This document shows, in pieces, positions 40,072 through 49,622 of a DNA stretch of 64,000 nucleotides (within the stretch, counting starts at the first letter, position 1; every line of letters starts with the position of its first letter). A program made the translations under genes and the position numbers. The stretch is from assembly GCA_964470065.1 (NCBI GenBank), contig CAYYAR010000006.1:13620-77619 (forward strand), given 5' to 3'. The stretch is from an uncultured Verrucomicrobiota bacterium. Lineage in GTDB: Bacteria; Verrucomicrobiota; Kiritimatiellia; CAIVKH01. Below the pieces are notes generated by a model. That model was not told where the DNA came from and made no database searches. It worked only from the letters and a program-made list of their open reading frames with translations.

Positions 40072-42222
40072 ATGACTTCTCATGAACTTGCACTCCGAAC
40101 GCCGGGTCGCCCGGTGAGCGTTTCATCGCCGCGTGCCGGTTGGTCGGATGTGATGATGATGTTGCATGATTACCGCTGGTTGCTTGCCGGCGGTTTACTG
40201 CTGGGGCTGGTAGTCGCCTCGGTCATTTACATCCTGACCCCGCTGACTTTTCGCTCGGAATCGCGGTTGCTTGTCCGTTATGTGGCGGACAGCACACTGG
40301 CCGATCCCGGCGCGGCCGGTAGCCGGGTGATGACGCCCGATGTCCGGGGCGAGCAGATTATGAATACGGAAGTGGAGATCTTTTCCAACCGCGCCTCCAT
40401 CGAGGCCGTGGTGGATGCGATCGGGCCGGCAAATTTCCCCGGCGTGACGGTTGACGAGCAAGTGCGTGCGAGGGCCATCAGGCTTTTGTTGGAACACTTG
40501 CGCATCGAATCGCCCCGGCGCGGCAACATCATCCATATTCAATATGATGCCATCACGCCGGATCATGCGCTGGCGGTGATGAATACGCTGGTTGAAATAT
40601 ATCTGAACAAGCATCTCGCGGTACACCGGTCGGCCGCCGCGTATGACTTTCTATCCAAGCAGACGGATCAGAGCCGGGCGCGGCTCGCCGAAACCGAGGA
40701 AGAGCTGCGCAAGGTGAAGATGGAGGCGGGTCCGGGCCTTACCAGCGAGTCAAGCGCGCTCATGATGCAGCGAATTCATGATCTGCGTCGTCAGCTCGGT
40801 GTGTCCCAGGCAGAGCTCGCGGTAAGCAAGGCCCGCTACGATTCCATGCCCGCCGCTTCAATGGTTATGGCTGACCGGTCAGCGCGTCGCGCGATCTCCC
40901 GCAGTACAGATTCTGTTTCCCGCGGAGCGATTCCGGATCGTATAGCTCAACTTCAATCCCGTGAACACGAACTGATCAAGGTGTATACCGAGGACAGCGT
41001 CCCGATCCGCGAATTGCGGGCACAAATGGCGAGTCTACTGGCCGAAACACCACCGGAGCATGATCCGGCATCTACGTTAACAGAATCTTCATCCGCCGTG
41101 ATGCGTTGGACGGGTGATGCCGAAATCGTCGCGCTTGAGGCCGGCGTAAATATCTTGCGCGATCAGCTTGCTCAAGCAACAGAGGAGGCGCTTCGGCTAG
41201 AGCAAATACAGTTGCGTCTGGATCAGTTGGAGCGGACACGTGACATCCAGGACGATCATTACCGCAATTTTGCCCGGAGCATGGAGCAGGCGCGCATAAA
41301 CGATGCGCTTGATCCGGGTAAAATTGGCAACATCAGTTTGCTTCAGCCCGCCATGCTGGTGGCGGCCAATTATCGTCCGGGCATTCGCCGTCACGTCCTG
41401 ATGGCGATTGGCGGCGGATTATTTCTGGCGATCGTTCTTGTCCCGGTGTACGAGTCATTCACCGGCGGGCGTCGTGTGCGACGTCTGCGCGATCTTGCCC
41501 TGCTTTCGCCGCACGACGCGCTCCTTGATCTGCCGGAGGATCAGGCGCTTGCCCGCAAGGAAGTGGCGAACATTGGTCATGCCAGTTCCAAAAGTCAACC
41601 GCATGGATTGTGGACATATTGTGATGCGCTGGCCGATCGTTTAATTCACGAACAGGGTGGGCGACCGCCATCACCGTGCATTATCGGATTGTCGGGTTGT
41701 GCCGCTGGCGCCGGAGTGTCCACGCTGGCGGCCGGGCTGGCGGCTTCGCTGGCCCGTGTGCGCGATACGCGGGTTCTCTTGCTCGATGCGCGCTCCCATG
41801 ATCATCGCCGTCACCGGTTGCTTGGCTCGACATCCGCGGCCGGCGGAATCGACATGCATGTGAATCGCGAGGGTCGCGTCGTCGCGCTTGAACACAATCT
41901 TTTCCTGTTTGGCACGGACGACGAATCCAAATGCGCCCAGCAGAGTCTCTTGCACAAGTGGCCGGACATGTTGCGGATGATTCGCGACGGCGACTACGGA
42001 TTTGTGGTTCTCAATTTGCCGCCGGTTTCACCGGTCAGTCCAACGTTGCCTCTGATTTCCCATTTACACAGCACCGTGCTGGTCGTGCGGGCGGGGAGGG
42101 ATCGCTTGATCGCGGTCGCTTCGGCGTTGCAACTGCTATCCCGCTACCGGGCGCGGTTGTCGGGCGCGGTGCTTAATCGTGTTTCGCCGCATGCGCCAGG
42201 GTGGTTGAGGTCGGTGGCATGA
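40072..42222 (+). CDS. Polysaccharide chain-length determinant (Wzz/GumC-like) fused to a C-terminal BY-kinase-like P-loop domain with a degenerate Walker A
   Basis: ATG at 40072 with a GGAG RBS. N-terminal TM, long coiled-coil periplasmic region, second TM. The C-terminal domain has GLSGCAAGAGVST (no lysine) in place of GxxxxGK[ST]. There is no C-terminal Tyr cluster. Confidence 0.65.
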   Translation: MTSHELALRTPGRPVSVSSPRAGWSDVMMMLHDYRWLLAGGLLLGLVVASVIYILTPLTFRSESRLLVRYVADSTLADPGAAGSRVMTPDVRGEQIMNTEVEIFSNRASIEAVVDAIGPANFPGVTVDEQVRARAIRLLLEHLRIESPRRGNIIHIQYDAITPDHALAVMNTLVEIYLNKHLAVHRSAAAYDFLSKQTDQSRARLAETEEELRKVKMEAGPGLTSESSALMMQRIHDLRRQLGVSQAELAVSKARYDSMPAASMVMADRSARRAISRSTDSVSRGAIPDRIAQLQSREHELIKVYTEDSVPIRELRAQMASLLAETPPEHDPASTLTESSSAVMRWTGDAEIVALEAGVNILRDQLAQATEEALRLEQIQLRLDQLERTRDIQDDHYRNFARSMEQARINDALDPGKIGNISLLQPAMLVAANYRPGIRRHVLMAIGGGLFLAIVLVPVYESFTGGRRVRRLRDLALLSPHDALLDLPEDQALARKEVANIGHASSKSQPHGLWTYCDALADRLIHEQGGRPPSPCIIGLSGCAAGAGVSTLAAGLAASLARVRDTRVLLLDARSHDHRRHRLLGSTSAAGGIDMHVNREGRVVALEHNLFLFGTDDESKCAQQSLLHKWPDMLRMIRDGDYGFVVLNLPPVSPVSPTLPLISHLHSTVLVVRAGRDRLIAVASALQLLSRYRARLSGAVLNRVSPHAPGWLRSVA

Positions 42223-42339
42223 GGCTAGTGGAATAGGCAAGTACACCATGAAGAGCAAGGTGTTCCGGTCCTCCGGGGCCGCGGTTTATGCAAGCTCGTT
42301 GCGCATCCTCCGGGACGTGACGGGCCGAAGGTGTAGGTC

Positions 42340-44460
42340 ATGATGCTGGCAAGTCGATACTATATGAAACAATTTCTGCCGCGCCGGATACAGGTGGCGG
42401 CCCGCCAGTATCTGGCCCGTCGCCGCCGTGCCAAGGTTACCGATGTCTGGCCGATTCATCCGGCCTCAGCCACCGCTCCCGAGGGTTGGCATGGCTGGCC
42501 GGATGGCAAGCAGTTTGCCTTTGTGGTCACACACGATGTCGACACCGCGCGCGGATTGCATCGTTGTCGTGCACTCGCGCAGATTGAGCGTGAGCGGGGT
42601 TTGCGTCCGGCATTCTATTTTGTTCCCGAAGGCCGCTATATACTCGAGGACGACCTGCGCGAGGAATTGGCCGACGGCGGCGCGGAAATCGGTTTGCATG
42701 GTCTGTATCACGACTGGCACACCTTTATGTCGCGTCGCATTTTCGAGCAGCGCCTTCCCCGGATGAAGCGCTATCTCCGCAAATGGCGCGCTTCCGGATT
42801 CCGCGCGCCCTCCACGGTGCGTAATCTGGATTGGATCGGGGAGTTGGGCGTGGCCTACGACGCGTCAACGTTCGATACCGATCCATTCGAGCCTCAGTCG
42901 CGCGGCTCGGGAACCATCTTTCCCTACTGGGTGCAAAGTCGCACCTCCGGTCACCGTTATGTGGAGCTGCCCTATACGCTGACGCAGGATTTCACCCTCT
43001 TCATCATGCTGGGTGAAAAAAATGCCGACCTGTGGAAACGCAAACTGGATTGGATTGCCGGGCAGGGCGGGATGGCCTTGTTTATTGTACATCCGGACTA
43101 TCTCAGTTTTAACGGGGGTCGCGCCCAGGAAGAGTACCGGCTGTCTGCGTATCTGGAGTTTCTCGACTATGTGCAGAATAACTATGCCGGATTGTACTGG
43201 CCGGCCCGGCCTTGCGAAGTGGCGGATTATTTCTCCGCTATGCATGCCGCGAATCCGCCGCGCACGCATCGCCGGGTGTGCATGATGGCCTATGCCTTTT
43301 ACGAAACCGACAACCGGATCATTCGCTACGCCGAGACGCTGGCCGCGCAAGGCGATACGGTGGATGTGATATCGCTGCGGCGTCCCGGCCAATCACGTTA
43401 TGAGTTGGTGCGCGGGGTGCATGTCCATCGCATCAAGCAGCGGCGGCGCAATGAAGGGCACCGGCTGACTTATTTGATGCGTTTGCTCGATTTTTTTGTT
43501 CGATCGAGCGTGGCCATCAATCGCCGGTGCTGGCCGGACCGGTATGATCTGGTTCATGTCCATTCCGTGCCCGACTTTGAAGTCTTCGCCGCGTGGCTGC
43601 CGAAGTGTCTGGGCAGCAAAGTGGTGCTCGATATTCATGATATTGTTCCAGAGTTCTACCTGAGTAAATTCAACGGACGCACCGGAAGTCCTTTGTATCG
43701 TCTCCTGCTCATGCTTGAGCGTTGGTCGTGTCGATTTGCACATCACGTCATCATTTCAAACCACTTGTGGCGCGATGTGCTTGTGGCGCGATCCATTCCC
43801 GCTGATCGCTGCACGGTGGTGTTGAATTATGTGGTGACGCCGTCCGGGCATATCCGTTCGCAACCGCAGGCGCGCGGTGATGATGCTTTCCGGGTGATCT
43901 ATCCGGGTGGTCTGCAATGGCATCAGGGACTTGATGTGGCCATTGAGGCGTTCTCCCGTGCGTTACCACAAATACCCCGGGCCGAGTTTCACATTTACGG
44001 GGAAGGCAGCGACAAGGAGCGGCTGGTAGATCTTGTCCGGCAATTGACCCTTGATGAGCATGTGCACTTTCACGATCCGGTGCCATTCAGCGAAGTGTTG
44101 GGTGTTCTTGCCGGGGCGGATTTGGGTGTGGTGCCCAAGCGCGCCGACTCGTTTGGCAACGAAGCCTACAGCACCAAAATTCTCGAATATATGTCCCAGG
44201 GTGTTCCCGTGCTGGTGTCTCGCACCCGGATTGACCAGTTTTATTTTGACGATGATACCGTGTGCTTTTTCACCTCCGGCGATTGCGAGGGCATGGCGGC
44301 GGCGATGATCCGGCTTGCGCATGATGCAACGAGGCGGGGCCGGCTAGTCGAAAAAGGATTCCGCTACGTAGCAAAGAACAACTGGGCGGTGAGGAAATCC
44401 GATTATCTCAATCTTGTGGATGCATTGGTCCGGCCTGTTCCGGTGAAAGGATTATCATGA
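42340..44460 (+). CDS. Bifunctional protein: N-terminal polysaccharide-deacetylase-like (CE4/DUF-type) domain plus C-terminal GT4 glycosyltransferase
   Basis: N-terminus FAFVVTHDVDT...GLHGLYHDWH...GFRAPS. The C-terminal GT4 fold carries the EX7E-like region (GVVPKRADSFGNEAYSTKILEYMSQGVPVL). Confidence 0.65.
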   Translation: MMLASRYYMKQFLPRRIQVAARQYLARRRRAKVTDVWPIHPASATAPEGWHGWPDGKQFAFVVTHDVDTARGLHRCRALAQIERERGLRPAFYFVPEGRYILEDDLREELADGGAEIGLHGLYHDWHTFMSRRIFEQRLPRMKRYLRKWRASGFRAPSTVRNLDWIGELGVAYDASTFDTDPFEPQSRGSGTIFPYWVQSRTSGHRYVELPYTLTQDFTLFIMLGEKNADLWKRKLDWIAGQGGMALFIVHPDYLSFNGGRAQEEYRLSAYLEFLDYVQNNYAGLYWPARPCEVADYFSAMHAANPPRTHRRVCMMAYAFYETDNRIIRYAETLAAQGDTVDVISLRRPGQSRYELVRGVHVHRIKQRRRNEGHRLTYLMRLLDFFVRSSVAINRRCWPDRYDLVHVHSVPDFEVFAAWLPKCLGSKVVLDIHDIVPEFYLSKFNGRTGSPLYRLLLMLERWSCRFAHHVIISNHLWRDVLVARSIPADRCTVVLNYVVTPSGHIRSQPQARGDDAFRVIYPGGLQWHQGLDVAIEAFSRALPQIPRAEFHIYGEGSDKERLVDLVRQLTLDEHVHFHDPVPFSEVLGVLAGADLGVVPKRADSFGNEAYSTKILEYMSQGVPVLVSRTRIDQFYFDDDTVCFFTSGDCEGMAAAMIRLAHDATRRGRLVEKGFRYVAKNNWAVRKSDYLNLVDALVRPVPVKGLS

Positions 44461-45266
44461 GCTACCCGCGTCTATCATCCTGCATCAGTCGCGCGACGGC
44501 ATCCGCCGATCGGATCACGGGTTGGATGCCTGGATGTATGGTCTTGTATTATCATCTGGTGCCGGAAGAACAGGTGCTTCATTTCCGGGAGCAACTCGAC
44601 TGCCTCAAGGCGCGGGTTACGGTACTTCCGGCCCATGCAGCGCCGGGCGACATGGCGCATGGTGCATGCGCTTCGATCACCATCGATGATTGCTTTGCTT
44701 CCGCCGTTGATCGAGCAATGCCGTTGTTGCGCGCGCGGCGCATGCCGGTGACATTATTTGTTCCATCGACGCGGATCGGTCGTCTGCCCGATTGGTCTCC
44801 ATGCGGAGAATTTGATCCTCAATCGGAATGGGTCATATCCAAGGCCATGCTCCGTTCGCTGGCTGCTGATCCGCTGGTGTCGATCGGCTCCCATGGCGCA
44901 CGTCATGTTGATTTCGTCCGGTTGGGTGATCGCGACGTCCGCGCCGAGTTGGTGGACTCCAGGAAGCAGCTGGAGGACATCACGGGACGAACGGTGCATT
45001 CGTTCAGTTTTCCGTTCGGACGATCGTCGCCGCACCACGTGCACATGGCGCGTGAGGCCGGTTATACGCATGTGTTTGGCACCGATCCGCGGCCGCATGA
45101 CGGTTCGGCAAATCATTTGATCGGGCGGGTGCGGGTGGATCCATGGGACTCACCCCGTGACTTCATGTTGAAAGTGCGGGGCGCCTACCGGTGGATGCCT
45201 CATGCCCGCGCCCTGAAGAAGAAGTTCACGCATGAACATATCCTTCCAGACATCGCTTGCGCCTGA
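44457..45266 (+). CDS. Polysaccharide deacetylase (CE4 NodB-homology; PEP-CTERM-locus type)
   Basis: ITIDDCFAS...PVTLFVPS...GSHGARH motifs. Confidence 0.7.
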   Translation: MSYPRLSSCISRATASADRITGWMPGCMVLYYHLVPEEQVLHFREQLDCLKARVTVLPAHAAPGDMAHGACASITIDDCFASAVDRAMPLLRARRMPVTLFVPSTRIGRLPDWSPCGEFDPQSEWVISKAMLRSLAADPLVSIGSHGARHVDFVRLGDRDVRAELVDSRKQLEDITGRTVHSFSFPFGRSSPHHVHMAREAGYTHVFGTDPRPHDGSANHLIGRVRVDPWDSPRDFMLKVRGAYRWMPHARALKKKFTHEHILPDIACA

Positions 45267-46383
45267 TGACAAAGCCCGTTGGGTGCAGTACTGGTTGCAA
45301 TCCCGGCACGCGCATCCCGAGCAGCACCCGCGGTATGCCGCCATCGAGCACGCCATGGGCCGGCGACCATTGTATGTCATCGGAGAAGAGGCGGGCCATA
45401 TTCGCGCGCTGGCGCTTCTCAGTCTAAAACCATGGATGCGTGAGTGGCATTACTCGATGGAGGCGATATGCCGGCGCGGTCCCGTATTCGATGAACCGTG
45501 GGCGGGACGTGAACTTCTTCTGGGAATTGTTCAGCGACTCTCGCAATTACGCGTTGGTTCGATTCGTATCTCCTCGGATTGGATATTTCCCGGAGCGGCC
45601 CGGGCGGAGGTGATGCTTCGCGAGATGGGCTTTGTGCCCTGCGATAGCGGCGGGGCCCGCGCAGCGACCGGGCGCATTGATTTACGTATCGATCCCGACG
45701 ATATCTTTGCCGGATTTTCCAGCAGCACCCGCCGCGAGATACGGCTTGCCGGGCGGCGGGGTATCGAGGTGAGGCCGGTGAAACATCCGGGCGAATTGCA
45801 CGCGGCCTACCATTGCCTGATCGCCAGTCAGCGCCGCGCCGGACTCATGCGCGTATCCAAACGGCAGTTCGATACCTATTACCATGCGCTGGTGCAATCA
45901 TCCTCCCTCGGCACCTTGCTCGGTGCCTTCAGCGGCGATGAATTGCTCGGCGAGCTGGCCGTCACTTGTTCACCCTCCGTGGCCTACCCCACGATGTACT
46001 CGATTCATCCCGCCCGGGCGCGCCGCCATGCCAATGTGAGTGTGGGGCCCTCGCTTTGGTGGCAAGGATTGCTGTGGGCGCGGGAGCGCGGATGCGGTTG
46101 GTTCGATGTCGAAGGAAGCGTGGCGCGATTTGACCCATCCGATGTTCATTATGAAATATCCAATTTCAAGCGGCGGTTTAATCCTGAACCACTGGAGCGA
46201 CTGAGTGAACATGTGCTGGTTTGTGATCCGTCCTTGCACCGACTGGATCAAATGACCCGGGCCGGAGCCACACTCTGGAAAAAAGTCGTCAAATGGTTGC
46301 ACAAGCCGGCGCATCTACGCCGCGGCCACTCGGATGTGCGCGCCGTGACGACCCGGCCACCGCCCGTTCCAACGCCCGCCTGA
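45232..46383 (+). CDS. FemAB-family / GNAT (Acetyltransf_6) protein, paralog 2
   Basis: 383 aa; C-terminal half resembles the other paralogs (…GELAVTCSPSVAYPTMYSIHP…WWQGLLWARERGCGWFDVEGS). Confidence 0.6.
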   Translation: MNISFQTSLAPDDKARWVQYWLQSRHAHPEQHPRYAAIEHAMGRRPLYVIGEEAGHIRALALLSLKPWMREWHYSMEAICRRGPVFDEPWAGRELLLGIVQRLSQLRVGSIRISSDWIFPGAARAEVMLREMGFVPCDSGGARAATGRIDLRIDPDDIFAGFSSSTRREIRLAGRRGIEVRPVKHPGELHAAYHCLIASQRRAGLMRVSKRQFDTYYHALVQSSSLGTLLGAFSGDELLGELAVTCSPSVAYPTMYSIHPARARRHANVSVGPSLWWQGLLWARERGCGWFDVEGSVARFDPSDVHYEISNFKRRFNPEPLERLSEHVLVCDPSLHRLDQMTRAGATLWKKVVKWLHKPAHLRRGHSDVRAVTTRPPPVPTPA

Positions 46384-47474
46384 TGAATGCAACCGGTCAA
46401 CTGATGCTTGAGCACATAGATGACGACCGCTGGGATCGCCTGCTGATGCAGTTCCATGATGCGTCGATTTATCAAACAGTCGCTTATGGCGTGGCGCGAT
46501 GGGGACGCGACGCCTTGCGGCATGTTCGCTGGATGCGGGACGATCATGTCGAGGCCATGGCTCAACTCGTCGTGCGCAAATTGCCGCTCGTGGGTGGAGG
46601 ACTTGCCTACCTGCCTTGGGGTCCGGTCTGGCGTCATCCGGATCACGAAGCGAAATCGTTTGGAACAATGGTGCGCGCGCTGCGCGAGGAATTCGCAATC
46701 AATCAAGGTCTATTGCTTCGTATCGTGCCCCGCGAGTGGTCTGAGACCGGCAATGAAACGTCGAGCATGCTTCATAACGAGGGCTACCGGCTGGTTCCCT
46801 CCTGCTATCGAACACGCATGGTGGATCTGACGGGTGATCTCGAGCATGTGCATCATCAGGTGAATCGAAGTTGGCGCAGGGCGCTCAAGCGGGCCGGACA
46901 GCTTCATTTGACCGTGGAGGAGGGGAGTAATCCCGCGTTATATCACGAATTATCCCGGCTCTATCGCGAGATGGTTCATCGCAAGGGATTCACGCCCGGT
47001 GTCAGCATTTCGGAGTTCGAACGGGTGCAAGCGATGCTTCCCTCCGGTATGAAAATGCACATCATGATCTGTCGTCATGGTGGCCACCCGCTTGCCGGAC
47101 TGATGGCCTCGGCGATGGGTGATACCGGTGTAGGGTTGCTGGGGGCTACAGCGACGGAGGGACTGTCGTCAGGCGCCTTCCACACATTGAATCTGCGCAT
47201 GATGCAGTGGCTGAAATCGCGCGGCATGCGTTATTACGATTTTGGCGGTTATGCGCCGGAGATCAACCGGGGAACCGCCGCATTCAAGGATGGCTTGCCC
47301 GGGCGTGATGTGATGTTCACCGGTCAATTTGAATCTTCCACCCATCCGGCCAAGTCATTCCTCATCCATACGGCGGAGCGGGGTCGTCGCATGGTTCGTT
47401 TCACCCGCGCCATCCACGTAAGGCGACCCTTGCGGAATATTCATGTGCATCTGGAAAAAACGACCAATGAATGA
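46383..47474 (+). CDS. FemAB-family / GNAT (Acetyltransf_6) protein, paralog 3
   Basis: ATG at 46383 overlaps the upstream stop (ATGA coupling). The six-frame start at 46293 is rejected. ~364 aa. Confidence 0.6.
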   Translation: MNATGQLMLEHIDDDRWDRLLMQFHDASIYQTVAYGVARWGRDALRHVRWMRDDHVEAMAQLVVRKLPLVGGGLAYLPWGPVWRHPDHEAKSFGTMVRALREEFAINQGLLLRIVPREWSETGNETSSMLHNEGYRLVPSCYRTRMVDLTGDLEHVHHQVNRSWRRALKRAGQLHLTVEEGSNPALYHELSRLYREMVHRKGFTPGVSISEFERVQAMLPSGMKMHIMICRHGGHPLAGLMASAMGDTGVGLLGATATEGLSSGAFHTLNLRMMQWLKSRGMRYYDFGGYAPEINRGTAAFKDGLPGRDVMFTGQFESSTHPAKSFLIHTAERGRRMVRFTRAIHVRRPLRNIHVHLEKTTNE

Positions 47475-48426
47475 TGTCGATCTATCCGTGATCATTGTCA
47501 GTTGGAATACCCGGGAGCTCTTGCTTGGTTGTTTGCGAAGCCTTCCATGGCGGGAGCCCGGTCTCCGGCTGGAGGTCATTGTCGTTGATAATGCTTCCTC
47601 GGATGGTTCGGTTGCGGCGGTGGAGGAAGCGTTTCCTGATGCCACAGTGATCAGGCTCGATACCAATGCCGGCTTTGCCGCCGGCAACAATGCGGGCATG
47701 CGGAGAGCGCGGGGTCGATACATCGCGCTGATTAATTCGGATGTGTTGGTTCTGCCCGGATGCCTCGAGTCGCTGGTTGCGTATATCGACCGGCATCCCG
47801 AAGTGGGAATTGCCGGTCCGAAAATTCTCTGGCCGGATGGACGCCTACAGGACTCGTGCCGGCGATTTCCAGGATTGTGGAATAATTTCTGTCAGACCAC
47901 CGGGCTGCGCACATTGTTTCCCACCCGGGCCTTTTTTTCCGGTGAGCACATGATGTACTTCAAGCATGACCGGATCGTCGCGGTGGATTATCTGGTCGGA
48001 TGCTTTCTGCTCGTGCGCCACGAAATGATCAACGACATCGGCCTGATGGATGAGCGTTTCTTTATGTATGCCGAGGAAGTCGACTGGTGCAAACGCGCTG
48101 CCACCGGTGGATGGGATGTGGTGTTTTACCCGGACGCTTCAGCCATTCATTATGGGCGGGCAAGTTCATCGAAAGATCCCACCCGGTTCGCGCTCATTCA
48201 ACAACGATCGGTGTTGAAATACTGGCAAAAGCATCACCATCCGGCTGCAGTGGCGCTAATACGGGTGATGAATGTCTCGCAGTGGTCGGTGCGACTAATC
48301 CGTTATGCGGGGCGATACCTTTACCGGCGGACGCAACGGCCGGTAATTCGACCCGTGATTCAGACCTGCCGCGAGGCGGTATCGATAGCGGCCTTTCCCC
48401 GGATGCCTACCCATGAAACAAGTTGA
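47467..48426 (+). CDS. GT2-family glycosyltransferase
   Basis: LSVIIVSWNTRELLLGCLRSL...VIVVDNASSDGS and a DxD region. An alternative ATG lies at 47443. Confidence 0.75.
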   Translation: MNDVDLSVIIVSWNTRELLLGCLRSLPWREPGLRLEVIVVDNASSDGSVAAVEEAFPDATVIRLDTNAGFAAGNNAGMRRARGRYIALINSDVLVLPGCLESLVAYIDRHPEVGIAGPKILWPDGRLQDSCRRFPGLWNNFCQTTGLRTLFPTRAFFSGEHMMYFKHDRIVAVDYLVGCFLLVRHEMINDIGLMDERFFMYAEEVDWCKRAATGGWDVVFYPDASAIHYGRASSSKDPTRFALIQQRSVLKYWQKHHHPAAVALIRVMNVSQWSVRLIRYAGRYLYRRTQRPVIRPVIQTCREAVSIAAFPRMPTHETS

Positions 48427-49621
48427 ACCATCGACGCGCATCCTTCGTTCGTTTGCCGAGGCATCTGCGCTCCAGCGGGCCTGGGATGAACTGGTGGATG
48501 CCTGTGAAGGCGAAGTGTTCTTGACCTATGACTGGTTGCGCATCTGGTGGACACACTACAACCGGGGGCGCACGTTGATGATCGTGGTCATCGAGATGCA
48601 AGGTGAGCTGATCGGACTTTTTCCCTTGTGCCGGGAGCAATGGGGGCGCGGGCCGTTCCGCTTAACGATCCTGCGCACGCTGGGTACGGACTTTACGCCG
48701 GTCGCGGTGTCATTGCTCGTGCGAGGTGATAATGTGAAATTGGCGGCCGATGGGTTGCTGCGGGCCATGGACGATGACGTGTGGGATCTACTGATGCTTG
48801 GCCCCAGCGCCGGCAAGTGTGCGACGTCCCGTGCATTTTATGCATACTTGCATGACCGATTTTCCGGCGCCGCCGTGATCGAGCGGGCCGGGGAGCAAAC
48901 ATACTTTGAATTGGCCGGTGACTGGGAGAAGCAATTGACCCGGCTATCGTCACGTGAACGCAACCGGATGCGCGCTGTCGCGCGGCAACTATCCGCTGCA
49001 AAATATGTGCTCGATTCAGATCTCGCTGCGGCCGCGAATTTACCGGAGAGTATCAATCAATTCATCGCCGCGCATCAGTCCAGTTGGCAGGCCCGCGGGA
49101 ATTCCGGACATTTTGATGACTGGCCGGATGCGCGCTCATTTCATGCGGACGTGGCTCATGCGCAGGCTGTCCTTGGCCGGTTGCGATTGTTGCGGGTGAC
49201 GTTGAATGATCGCGCCATTGGCTACAAGTATGCGTTCAAAACCGGTCAAATGTACTGTTCCTATCTTGATGCCCGGTGCGAGGACTTCACCGGTTTGGAG
49301 TTGGATATCTACCGGTTGAATTTTCGGGAATTATTCCGGCGAGGTGTGGATGAGGGCATCCGCCTGATCGATAGCATGCGGGGCCGGTATGAGCACAAAT
49401 TGCATCTTGGCGGCAAGATGTATGCCAATTACCGGTTGATGATTTCAGCCCCGCGCATGACTGCGCGGTGGCGATATGTTTTGTGGCGGGTGCAAGCATC
49501 CATCGTGCATTACATCTACATGGCCATCTGGCGAAAACGAATCATGCCACGATTGGCTATCCGTCCCCGGCCTTTTCCTGACGCATGGATTCGTAGCAAT
49601 GCGCTGGTCTGGCGAAATTGA
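48413..49621 (+). CDS. FemAB-family / GNAT (Acetyltransf_6; CelD/BioF2-like) protein, paralog 4
   Basis: 402 aa with the same architecture as paralogs 1-3. Confidence 0.6.
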   Translation: MKQVEPSTRILRSFAEASALQRAWDELVDACEGEVFLTYDWLRIWWTHYNRGRTLMIVVIEMQGELIGLFPLCREQWGRGPFRLTILRTLGTDFTPVAVSLLVRGDNVKLAADGLLRAMDDDVWDLLMLGPSAGKCATSRAFYAYLHDRFSGAAVIERAGEQTYFELAGDWEKQLTRLSSRERNRMRAVARQLSAAKYVLDSDLAAAANLPESINQFIAAHQSSWQARGNSGHFDDWPDARSFHADVAHAQAVLGRLRLLRVTLNDRAIGYKYAFKTGQMYCSYLDARCEDFTGLELDIYRLNFRELFRRGVDEGIRLIDSMRGRYEHKLHLGGKMYANYRLMISAPRMTARWRYVLWRVQASIVHYIYMAIWRKRIMPRLAIRPRPFPDAWIRSNALVWRN

Positions 49622-49622
49622 T

